Under the pieces are notes generated by a model. The model made no database searches. It saw nothing but the letters and a program-made list of their open reading frames with translations, and was not told the DNA's origin. A stretch of 56,260 nucleotides of DNA from Candidatus Woesearchaeota archaeon CG10_big_fil_rev_8_21_14_0_10_32_9 (GTDB lineage Archaea; Nanobdellota; Nanobdellia; Woesearchaeales; 21-14-0-10-32-9): contig PCYF01000001.1 in assembly GCA_002762915.1 (NCBI GenBank), positions 1 to 56,260 on the forward strand, given 5' to 3'. Both the position numbers and the translations under genes were made by a program. Shown here piece by piece: positions 19,263-27,635 of this stretch; positions within the stretch are counted from its first letter, which is position 1, and each line of letters opens with the position of its first letter.

Positions 19263-20078
19263 TTATTTTGTTTTAACCTTTAATTCTTTCATGCTTTTCC
19301 ATGCAATTTCGAATAAATTTTCTATTGCCGAAGAAAAGAAAGGCGTATTTATCCAGATTCCTATGTCGTAGGTAGGATGAACTTCTTGATCGTCCATTAT
19401 CATAAATACTATTTCTTTTCCATCGACTACTGTAAATCTTGCGCTTGCGGCTGTGTGTTTAACTTCTGCAATGCCTTGTAATTGTTTTGCAGCGTTTTCT
19501 GTTTCTTTAGTCATAGGTGCAGCAATTCTTATTTTTACGCCTCTTTTCTTGAGCTGTTCAAAAATAGGTTTAAATCCTTCAACTTTCCTCAAGAATCCTT
19601 GGGATGTCGTCATTATAGTTATTGTTTTTTCTGCGTTTCTTATAGTCATGTCAAGATGGTTGTACAAGTTGTGTCTTCCTTTTAGCGATGCAGATAAATC
19701 TGCAGGTTCTACAAGTTCTACACCTTGTGTGTGTAATGAATTTAATTCATCAATAATTTCTGTTTCTTTTAAATTGTCAAGGAGTTTTATGCTGCTGTCT
19801 GCTTCTTGTCTAACATTTTTTTTGACTCTTTCTACGACTTCTTTTGGTGGTACGGCTATGTATTTGATTGGTTTGCCGATTTTCATTATTACGAATCCTT
19901 TTTTTTCTAGGGATTCTAGAACGTCGTATGATCTGCTTCTTGGTACATTAGCAATGTCGCTAAGTTCTCCCGCGGTACTAACACCTCTAGACAACAAAGC
20001 AGTCCAAATCTTTACTTCATATAAGTTTAAAGAAAAATACCGTCTTAATTTACTTAAAAATTCGTCTTTTACTATCAT
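19263..20078 (-). CDS. TrmB family transcriptional regulator
   Basis: LNLYEVKIW...VPRSRSYDVLESLEKKG HTH plus a PLD-like effector domain; start placed at MIVKDEF (20078). Confidence 0.9.
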   Translation of the reverse strand: MIVKDEFLSKLRRYFSLNLYEVKIWTALLSRGVSTAGELSDIANVPRSRSYDVLESLEKKGFVIMKIGKPIKYIAVPPKEVVERVKKNVRQEADSSIKLLDNLKETEIIDELNSLHTQGVELVEPADLSASLKGRHNLYNHLDMTIRNAEKTITIMTTSQGFLRKVEGFKPIFEQLKKRGVKIRIAAPMTKETENAAKQLQGIAEVKHTAASARFTVVDGKEIVFMIMDDQEVHPTYDIGIWINTPFFSSAIENLFEIAWKSMKELKVKTK

Positions 20079-20209
20079 GTTATATGCCCCCCACGGGATA
20101 CACCCCTTTTTTATATCATACAATGTGTAACTACTTTAAATATGTTGCGATTTTTTACTATTGGACGATTGTAGTTTTCTATAGTCCGTACACAGTTGTA
20201 ATTTTTATC

Positions 20210-21061
20210 CTAAGAATTTTTTTGTTTGAATAATAAATATTTTTCATTTTGTGTTTCAAATTCTTTCTCTAATGTGAAGCGAGATTTGCTTATTGCACGT
20301 TTAAACCATTTGCGAGAGCCATTTATTTTTTTATTTCCGCCAATAGATTTAGTTGCAAAAGATATTAGCAAGAATTCAGATTGAATTTGTTCTAATAATT
20401 TTGTAGTTGTTCCTCTATTTTTTGTCTCTAAGCTGTCTAACAATTTTAACATCAACGTAATGTTTGTTTTTTTACTCAATTTACTTACTTTGATTAATGT
20501 AGAACTTTCCGTTAAATCTAATTGGTGCGCTTCTATTTTTTTGTTAAATGCAGAATACATATTTGAAAGAAGATCCAATTCTTCCGAATTAATATCTATT
20601 GCAACGCAAGATATCTTTTCGGGCAATAATAAAAAAAATAAGGGATTAAATCCGCACCCCAGGTCTAATACTCTTAAATTCTTTTGTTCAAAGACTTGGG
20701 TATAAATTTCTATATATGAATTTATTCTTTCTTTTGTAGATTGATGATTTTTTAAAAAATCTAATAAGTGTTCTTTTTTTTCAAAAGTGGAAGCAACGTT
20801 AAGTTCTTTTATTGTCTTTGTTCTATCTGTAGATTTATTTTTATTGAACACACCATGAACTTCTCTTAGTTTTTTACGTATGTTCTTTTTGAGTTCCTTA
20901 AACTCTTTACTTCGTTCATTGAAATTTTTTTGTTCTAAGATTGTGAGTGCGTTTTTATTTTTCAAAAAATATTTCTCTAGAAATGAGTTAAGAAAATCAG
21001 GTTTTAATCCGGACAATTCTTTTTTATCTATTATTTTTTTTTTAATTTCGTCAGAGATCAT
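20210..21061 (-). CDS. Rmt/ArmA/FmrO-like 16S rRNA m7G1405 methyltransferase homologue
   Basis: HQSTKER, VLDLGCGFNPL, LMLKLLDSLE and ISFATKSIGG correspond to FmrO-family motifs. Confidence 0.8.
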   Translation of the reverse strand: MISDEIKKKIIDKKELSGLKPDFLNSFLEKYFLKNKNALTILEQKNFNERSKEFKELKKNIRKKLREVHGVFNKNKSTDRTKTIKELNVASTFEKKEHLLDFLKNHQSTKERINSYIEIYTQVFEQKNLRVLDLGCGFNPLFFLLLPEKISCVAIDINSEELDLLSNMYSAFNKKIEAHQLDLTESSTLIKVSKLSKKTNITLMLKLLDSLETKNRGTTTKLLEQIQSEFLLISFATKSIGGNKKINGSRKWFKRAISKSRFTLEKEFETQNEKYLLFKQKNS

Positions 21062-21065
21062 CTTT

Positions 21066-22109
21066 TCACTTTATAATCCATCTGGTGGTTCCTGCAATGC
21101 CTCCCAAACTATCTATTTTTTGGCAGGTTTCTTTCTGAGTCAAAATACATATTTTTGCTCCGGTTGATTCTGCTAAACTTAGAATGGAATCAACTTGATT
21201 ATATTGTCCAGACATTTTTTTGGTTTTTAGAAATGTTTCACTCACTATTACTGTTTCTGCTGCGCCAGATTCTATTTTTTCTTTTGAATCTGTCCATCCA
21301 TAGAACGCTTTTTCTTTTCGTATGCCTTCTAGAACTTTATCGAGTTCAGCAATTTCTTGAGCTGTTCTGTCGTGTTCAAGTGACTTTGTTAATTGTGGAG
21401 ACTTTACTAATTCGCTAAGAGATGTTTCACTTACATCAGATATTGTTGCAAGTATTGCAATTTTTTTGAGTTCTTCTGGAAGTTCTTTTACCAAGTATTC
21501 TTTCCAAAATGCGGGACTTGCCAGAATTATTTTTTTAATTTCGTGTTTTTTTGTATATTCTTGTATTTGTTTTGAAATCTCTTTGTAAAATTCGCTTTTT
21601 TTAATTGAAGGGTCTGCCTTTTTTTGGACGTCTCCTTTTATTTCAGATATTTTTTGATATCCTGTTTTTTTTAATGTTGAAAATATTGCATTTTCTCTAT
21701 CAAACATAACAATAAGTGCCGTAGGTTTTTCTTCAGTTGCTTCTTCTAATTTTTGTAATTGTAATCTTGTCCAATATTCTTTTTTTATGGTAATTATATC
21801 TGTTTGTTCTAAATTGAATGAGTGATAGCTTCCATTAGATACATCTTCAGGGCCCGAGATTATTTTTCCCAATAATCTTAAACTGCTATTTTCTGGTTCA
21901 TACTCAATTTTTTCTAATATTAATTCTAAGAAAACAGGTTTTCTTACTGTTTTAGCGTTTTCTCCTTCTCCTATTTTTATTTTTCTCTCAGTTCTTCCTT
22001 TAATTTGATCTAGTTCCTCTAATGTGTGGCTAAGATACCAAAGGTCTTCTTCGCTTGTGACTTGTATAGTTACCTCTCCGTATCTTAAATTCTTGTTAAG
22101 TATTTTCAT
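21066..22109 (-). CDS. pelA: Pelota (aDom34) ribosome rescue factor
   Basis: MKIL...EDLWYL, LRLLGKI, GSYHS, ASPAFWK, LGGIAG; start placed at 22109. Confidence 0.92.
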   Translation of the reverse strand: MKILNKNLRYGEVTIQVTSEEDLWYLSHTLEELDQIKGRTERKIKIGEGENAKTVRKPVFLELILEKIEYEPENSSLRLLGKIISGPEDVSNGSYHSFNLEQTDIITIKKEYWTRLQLQKLEEATEEKPTALIVMFDRENAIFSTLKKTGYQKISEIKGDVQKKADPSIKKSEFYKEISKQIQEYTKKHEIKKIILASPAFWKEYLVKELPEELKKIAILATISDVSETSLSELVKSPQLTKSLEHDRTAQEIAELDKVLEGIRKEKAFYGWTDSKEKIESGAAETVIVSETFLKTKKMSGQYNQVDSILSLAESTGAKICILTQKETCQKIDSLGGIAGTTRWIIK

Positions 22110-22301
22110 ATTGTTTCGCCTTATTTTGTTTTGTTCTTGGTATTTATATTGTTTTAGTATATAAAAAGAGTTATTTTCTATATAGAATTTATATTCACTG
22201 GACATTTTCATAAAAAGTATATAAACTTGGTATCCTTTCCTATCTTTGCCCGGCATCAAACTGATGCATGAAATAAAAGGCGACAAGCAAAGGGTGAAAA
22301 C

Positions 22302-22619
22302 ATGGAAAAAAATATAGATGAAGCTGGAAGATTTAATGTAAAGGCTCCCAGTGTTTCTGAAGTTATGGGGAAAAAATCTCCTGAACAAAAGTTCAAAGCA
22401 GGATCTGTTTCTGCAACTGTTTGGAAAAACAACGGACAGGATTCTGAAGGGAAACAAACGTCCTACAAGACAGTTTCTTTTGAAAGAAGTTATCTTGACA
22501 AAGAGGGTAACTGGCAAACAACAAGCAGTCTGAGAATATCAGATATTCCAAAAGCAGTTTTAGTTTTAAACAAAGCTTACGAATATTTGATGTTAAAAGA
22601 TGGCTCAGAAGAAGATTAA
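22302..22619 (+). CDS. Conserved small protein, possibly ssDNA-binding (PC4/Whirly-like)
   Basis: PEQKFKAGSVSATVWKN...RSYLDKEGNWQTTSSLRISDIPK; SD GGGTGA; 12 bp upstream of radA. Confidence 0.65.
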   Translation: MEKNIDEAGRFNVKAPSVSEVMGKKSPEQKFKAGSVSATVWKNNGQDSEGKQTSYKTVSFERSYLDKEGNWQTTSSLRISDIPKAVLVLNKAYEYLMLKDGSEED

Positions 22620-22631
22620 ACAGGTGATAGT

Positions 22632-23573
22632 ATGAGTAAGAAAGGAGAAACAGGCATAACAGATTTGCCAGGAGTTGGTGCGGCTACAGCAGAAAAACTT
22701 GCTTCTGCAGGATATGCAGATTTATTGAGTATTGCTGTAAGTAGTATAGGTCAGTTAACTGATGCGGCAGGAGTGTCTGAAGCCGTTGCCAGAAAAATGA
22801 TTCAGGCAGCAAGAGATGGACTTGACATGGGTTTTCAGTCAGGAATAGATATGTTGGCTAAGCGCGGAAAAGTCATTAAAATAAAAACAGGAAGTCAAAA
22901 TTTTGACACGATGCTCAATGGAGGTTTTGAAACTGGTGCAATTACAGAGTGTTTCGGACAATACGGCTCTGGGAAAACACAAATAGGTCATTTGTTGGCA
23001 GTTAGTTGTCAAAAAGACGATCCGGATTGTGTTGCTGTTTACATTGATACAGAAAATACATTTAGGCCTGAAAGAATTGCTCAATTTGCAAAAGGATTAG
23101 ATTTGGATGAACAGCAAGTTCTATCTAATGTTAAAGTTGCTCGTGCGTTTAATTCTGATCATCAAATGATTCTTGCAGAAAAAGTTGAAGATCTAATAAA
23201 AGAAGGACTTAAAGTAAAATTAGTTATTGTTGATTCCTTAACAGCACATTTCAGGGCGGAATTTGTTGGAAGAGGAACTCTTGCCGAACGTCAACAAAAA
23301 ATTAACAAGCACATGCACACGTTGGCTATGCTTGCGGATAAACACAATCTTTGCGTTTACGTTACGAACCAAGTGATGGCTAAACCTGATGCTTTCTTTG
23401 GAGATCCAACTGAAGCCATAGGAGGGCACATTGTTGGACACAACAGCACATTTAGAATTTACTTGAGACGTGGAAAGAAAAACACAAGAGTGGCTAAACT
23501 CGTTGATTCTCCAAACTTACCAGATCAAGAATGCATATTTAATGTCCTGGAAAGCGGGATAGAAGATGCATAA
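22632..23573 (+). CDS. radA: DNA recombinase RadA
   Basis: N-terminal HhH LPGVG, GQYGSGKTQ, YIDTENTFRPER, VDSLTAHFR, TNQV. Confidence 0.97.
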   Translation: MSKKGETGITDLPGVGAATAEKLASAGYADLLSIAVSSIGQLTDAAGVSEAVARKMIQAARDGLDMGFQSGIDMLAKRGKVIKIKTGSQNFDTMLNGGFETGAITECFGQYGSGKTQIGHLLAVSCQKDDPDCVAVYIDTENTFRPERIAQFAKGLDLDEQQVLSNVKVARAFNSDHQMILAEKVEDLIKEGLKVKLVIVDSLTAHFRAEFVGRGTLAERQQKINKHMHTLAMLADKHNLCVYVTNQVMAKPDAFFGDPTEAIGGHIVGHNSTFRIYLRRGKKNTRVAKLVDSPNLPDQECIFNVLESGIEDA

Positions 23574-23673
23574 TTTTTTTCTTTATTTCTCTTTTTTTGT
23601 AAAAATTTTTAAACAAAAACCCATTCTGATAGTATAAAGCCCGAAAAGCTGATATAAAAGGTGAATTAATACA

Positions 23674-24063
23674 ATGGAGAGAAGATTTGATAACGGACCA
23701 AGAGATGGTCAAGATTTTATGAGATCTCCACCAGTTAATGTTGGAGACGAGTTGGATGTAAAGATAGAAGCCGTTGGCGAAAAAGGAGACGGAGTCGCAA
23801 AGAAGAATGGATTCGTTTTATTCGTTCCAAGTGTTAAAGAAGGCGACGAAGTTAGAATTAAAGTAACTAGAGTTCTTAGAAAAGTAGGATTTGCAGAAGT
23901 TCTTGGAAAAGCAGAGGGTCCAGTTCATGTGGAAGAAGCTCCTGTTAAAAAAGAAGTACAACCTAAAGAAGCGGAACTTGATTATTCAGCAGAGAATGAT
24001 TCCGAAAATTTCGGAGAAGATTCAAGCGATGTTTTTACAGATTCTGACGAAGAAGAAAAGTAA
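23674..24063 (+). CDS. Single TRAM domain RNA-binding protein with acidic tail
   Basis: PPVNVGDELDVKIEAVGEKGDGVAK...GFVLFVP. Confidence 0.9.
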   Translation: MERRFDNGPRDGQDFMRSPPVNVGDELDVKIEAVGEKGDGVAKKNGFVLFVPSVKEGDEVRIKVTRVLRKVGFAEVLGKAEGPVHVEEAPVKKEVQPKEAELDYSAENDSENFGEDSSDVFTDSDEEEK

Positions 24064-24123
24064 AATCTTCTTTTTTATTTTTTTTTAATAATATTTATAT
24101 ACCTTCTTTTCTAAAATAAGAAT

Positions 24124-24648
24124 ATGCGTTGCTTCGTAGCTATTCCTCTTCCTAAAGATTTGAAAGATTCTTTTCAAAAATTTAATTCCTTTTTTTCTAC
24201 AATTTCCGGTTTGAAATTTGTTCATCCAGATAATATGCATTTAACTTTATTTTTTTTAAGAGATGTAAAAGACATAAATTCTTTGGTTGAACATTTAAGA
24301 AAAATAAATTTTAACTCGTTTAAATTAAACACATTAAGTTTAGATGTATTTAAAAATGAAGAGGATTTAAGAGCACTATGGGTTGGAGTAAATAATTCTG
24401 AAGAGTTATTTTCGCTTTGGGCAGAATTAAATAAGATTTTTTGTCAAGAAAGACCTTTTTTGCCTCACATAACTTTTGCAAGAGTAAAAAATCTAACTAC
24501 AGAAGATAAGCAACTGCTACTTCAAAAACTCAAAGATGCTTCAATAAAAAAAGCCTCCTTTTCTGTAGATTCATTTAAGTTGTACTCTTCTGAATTAACT
24601 AGTTTAGGTCCTGTTCACAGAGTTATTGAGTCTTTTCCTCTGAAATAA
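24124..24648 (+). CDS. thpR: RNA 2',3'-cyclic phosphodiesterase (2H family)
   Basis: MRCFVAI start, HLTL and PHIT motifs, SELTSLGP. Confidence 0.88.
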   Translation: MRCFVAIPLPKDLKDSFQKFNSFFSTISGLKFVHPDNMHLTLFFLRDVKDINSLVEHLRKINFNSFKLNTLSLDVFKNEEDLRALWVGVNNSEELFSLWAELNKIFCQERPFLPHITFARVKNLTTEDKQLLLQKLKDASIKKASFSVDSFKLYSSELTSLGPVHRVIESFPLK

Positions 24649-24689
24649 CAATAACATTTAAAAACGAATCTTTCTTTCCTTGAGTTATA

Positions 24690-24770
24690 GCCGACGCTGA
24701 CACGATGTAGTGTTTAGCAATGCTGCGTGAGGCAAAAGAAATCGCAGTAGTATTCTATTACTACTGTTTT
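24690..24770 (+). promoter_or_regulatory. Putative structured 5' leader of rps2
   Basis: GC-richer segment with several stems, including CAGTAGTA/TACTACTG followed by TTTT; TTTAAAAA box at 24657. Confidence 0.45.
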
Positions 24771-24786
24771 ATTGGAGGAAACTAAG

Positions 24787-25380
24787 ATGAGTGAAGAATT
24801 ATTAGTATCAAATGACGAATACTTAAAATCAGGTATTCACATCGGAACAAAGTTTAGAACAAAACATATGGCTGAATTTATTTACAAAACAAGACCTGAT
24901 GGTTTATCTGTTTTAAATGTTCAAAAGATTGACGAAAGAATTAGACTTGCAGGAAATCTTTTTACAAATTATGTTCCTGAAGATATTTTAATTGTTTGTA
25001 GGCGTGAAAATGGCTGGAAAGCGGTAAGAAAGTTTGCAGAAATAACTGGTTGTAAATTTTTCGCGGGCAGATATCCTCCGGGTGTTCTTACAAATCCATC
25101 ATTAAAGAATTTCGTTGAAGCTAAAGTTATGCTTGTTACAGATGCGTGGCCTGATAAAAACGCGATAGAAGATGCGTTAAAAATAGGAATTCCGGTTGTT
25201 GCTCTTTGTGACACAAACAATCAAGCTAATAATATTGACTTAGTGGTTCCTTGTAATAACAAAGGAAAGAAAAGTCTCGGATTATTCTTCTTATTGTTGG
25301 CGAAGATTTATACTGAGAAAAGAGGTTTAATTAAACCTGAAGACTTCAAATATACTTTAGAAGACTTCTCAGATGAGTAA
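24787..25380 (+). CDS. rps2: 30S ribosomal protein uS2
   Basis: GIHIGTK, RPDGLSVLN, GRYPPGVLTN, ALCDTNN, PCNNKG; GGAGG SD before ATG 24787. Confidence 0.96.
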   Translation: MSEELLVSNDEYLKSGIHIGTKFRTKHMAEFIYKTRPDGLSVLNVQKIDERIRLAGNLFTNYVPEDILIVCRRENGWKAVRKFAEITGCKFFAGRYPPGVLTNPSLKNFVEAKVMLVTDAWPDKNAIEDALKIGIPVVALCDTNNQANNIDLVVPCNNKGKKSLGLFFLLLAKIYTEKRGLIKPEDFKYTLEDFSDE

Positions 25381-25389
25381 ATAAATCTT

Positions 25390-26004
25390 TTATTTTTTTA
25401 TATTATATTCTTTTAATAGCGTTCTACAAGTAGCTCCGTCTCCTGCATGAAATATTCCTATTGTATTAACCATAAACGTTTTTGGTAATTCTTTTGTTTC
25501 TATTTTTTTACATCTTAGTGTTAAATGTGGAAAATAATTTTTGTATGTGCTAGTCTTTGCGTATGTTTCCAGCCAATTCTTCGTATTTTTTCCAATCCCT
25601 GTTTTTTCTCCATCATACAAATGAGTGGGTGTGGCTAAATTAAGAGTGTGTTTTGAAAGTATGCTTGTTATTTTATCGTGAAGCTTTTGAAGATTATCAT
25701 TTTTTTCAACAGAGATATATGATTCTTCAGAAGGATGCGTTTGACTTTCTTTTATTTCCAAAAGTGTCAACTTAAAAGAACGTGTTGTTTCAATCAATTT
25801 TTCAAGCTCAAGCCTTACGTTTGTAAGATCTTTCGATTTTATTATGCCCATAAAAAGAGTTATGTGGGGAATAAAATCTTCCATTCTCAAGTCTTTAGTT
25901 TTGTTGCCTTGTTTATTAGATTCTTTATTTATTTCAACAGCCAGCGTAATAATTTCTTCCGGAGGAATGATTGCTACATTAATTGCAATCTCTTCAGAGT
26001 TCAT
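25390..26004 (-). CDS. 2H phosphoesterase (2'-5' RNA ligase-like) family protein
   Basis: Two HxT motifs, PHITL and PHLTL. Confidence 0.78.
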   Translation of the reverse strand: MNSEEIAINVAIIPPEEIITLAVEINKESNKQGNKTKDLRMEDFIPHITLFMGIIKSKDLTNVRLELEKLIETTRSFKLTLLEIKESQTHPSEESYISVEKNDNLQKLHDKITSILSKHTLNLATPTHLYDGEKTGIGKNTKNWLETYAKTSTYKNYFPHLTLRCKKIETKELPKTFMVNTIGIFHAGDGATCRTLLKEYNIKK

Positions 26005-26681
26005 TCTTCAAGTTCCTCAAGTCCTTCATCTACAATTTTGAAGAAGACTTCTTTTCCTTCCGGAAGCGATCTGTGTTTTCTTAGTATTGCCTTTTTTCCT
26101 TTACTAGTTTTTTGAAGTTCAATTAGACACTTACTTGCATATCTAAGCACGTCTCCTCCGACCATGTTTACTTTAGTTTTATCTTCAAAATCAGAATATA
26201 CTTGATTTGTTAGTATGACTGGTATGTTTAATTTCCTAGCTATTTGTATTAAATGAACTAGTTGTACTCCGAGTTCTCTATTTACTTTTTGTCCGTCCTT
26301 GGTTATTCCTATTTCAAGTCTATAAAGCATAGCTATGCTGTCTACAATAATTAAGCCTATTTTGCTTGATAAAATATTTTTCAGTTTATCGAATACTTTC
26401 TTTTGTTCGGCGAAATCCGTCGGCGTTAGAACTATAACATTATTTAGAATCTCTTCATAGTTATCTGTTAATTGTTTTATTCTACTAACAGAAAAAGACC
26501 CTTCTGTATCAATATATATTATTTTTTTTTCAAAATTATGCGTCAAACAAATAAGACAAAGATTAGTTTTTCCGCAGCCGGGAGGGCCGTATATGGTTGT
26601 AATGACTCCATTTTCATATCCTCCTTCCAACAACCAATCCATTGAGGAGGTTCCTGTACTTATTTTACTTTCCATGTGCAT
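26001..26681 (-). CDS. radB: RadB recombination mediator
   Basis: GPPGCGKT, YIDTEG, TNQVY, KHRS motif; no HhH domain; start may be 26675. Confidence 0.92.
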   Translation of the reverse strand: MHMESKISTGTSSMDWLLEGGYENGVITTIYGPPGCGKTNLCLICLTHNFEKKIIYIDTEGSFSVSRIKQLTDNYEEILNNVIVLTPTDFAEQKKVFDKLKNILSSKIGLIIVDSIAMLYRLEIGITKDGQKVNRELGVQLVHLIQIARKLNIPVILTNQVYSDFEDKTKVNMVGGDVLRYASKCLIELQKTSKGKKAILRKHRSLPEGKEVFFKIVDEGLEELEE

Positions 26682-26717
26682 TTTTATTAAGAAAGAAGCT
26701 TGTGCTTATATTGCTTT

Positions 26718-27122
26718 TTATTGCATTTCCGCAACAGACTCAAACAAGGTTTTTATTCCGGGTTTCAATGCTTCCTTGTCCGTTATTAAGTGGTGCATCT
26801 TCGGAGATATAGCCCAATGTTCAGATTTTTTTGTGTTGACAAAGGTTATTGTGCTTGAAGTATTCTTTAATGAGTCCCAATTTTTTATCAGCCAATCTAC
26901 GTTTTTTTTCTTATTCAAGGTACTTATCTTTTGTTCAGTTATATTCGCAGGGTTTATTTGTTCTAAATTTTCTTCACAGAGATGCTCTTCTTTTTTACCA
27001 TCTTTTTTAAGAATAAGTATTTTGTTGTTCAGACTATCATCAATTTTTTCTATTCGCTTATGCAGAGTGTCTTTATATTTTATGTAAGCAGAAGTCCATT
27101 CCTTTAAGGTCATTTCAGCCAT
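26718..27122 (-). CDS. Hypothetical protein
   Basis: 134-aa ORF co-oriented between its neighbours. Confidence 0.65.
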   Translation of the reverse strand: MAEMTLKEWTSAYIKYKDTLHKRIEKIDDSLNNKILILKKDGKKEEHLCEENLEQINPANITEQKISTLNKKKNVDWLIKNWDSLKNTSSTITFVNTKKSEHWAISPKMHHLITDKEALKPGIKTLFESVAEMQ

Positions 27123-27550
27123 GATTTCCCCTTTTTGTTGTGATGCTCACTTACCACAAGTACGTATGGGATTATAAAGCTTACTGTAAATGCCAAAGCC
27201 ATGTATACGGCCGAGGGGTGAGCAAGATTAAGATTCTTTGCAGCCAACTGAACAGCACCTATTATTGCAAAAAAATTCAGAAGTGAAGCTATAAGCACAG
27301 CCATCCAGATTTCTGCATGATGGTGATGGTTTGTTAAATGATCTAAGTCTTTTGCAAAATATCCTATAAATAATCCAAAAACTAAACCGACGCTGATTAA
27401 AAGAGAATATACTATTATTTGATTTGCCAACAGAATTAATGGTGTTAAAAGAAATGCTAATCCTGTTACAAAAAGAAGTAAGAGTAAAATTAAAACATAA
27501 TAGTTTGTTTTTTGAATTAATTTGTTCGTTCTTGTTTGTTTTGGATTCAT
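27110..27550 (-). CDS. Four-TM membrane protein with His-rich loop
   Basis: Four hydrophobic segments; loop DHLTNHHHHAE. Confidence 0.7.
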   Translation of the reverse strand: MNPKQTRTNKLIQKTNYYVLILLLLLFVTGLAFLLTPLILLANQIIVYSLLISVGLVFGLFIGYFAKDLDHLTNHHHHAEIWMAVLIASLLNFFAIIGAVQLAAKNLNLAHPSAVYMALAFTVSFIIPYVLVVSEHHNKKGKSWLK

Positions 27551-27635
27551 ATCTTTTTTCTAGTGCGTTTTATATTTAAATTTTGTTTATTGGTTTTATT
27601 GAAATATTTATATAATTGGACTTCATTCTTGTATT

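Noticed and set aside
19453..20130. Long antisense ORFs (also 26593-27087, 41971-42624, 697-1173 and others)
   Set aside because: Shadows of well-supported genes on the opposite strand, with Ser/Phe/Ile-rich composition
22110..22517. 136-aa N-terminal extension of the pelota ORF
   Set aside because: It overlaps the divergent promoter and a plus-strand gene; pelota homology starts at MKIL (22109)
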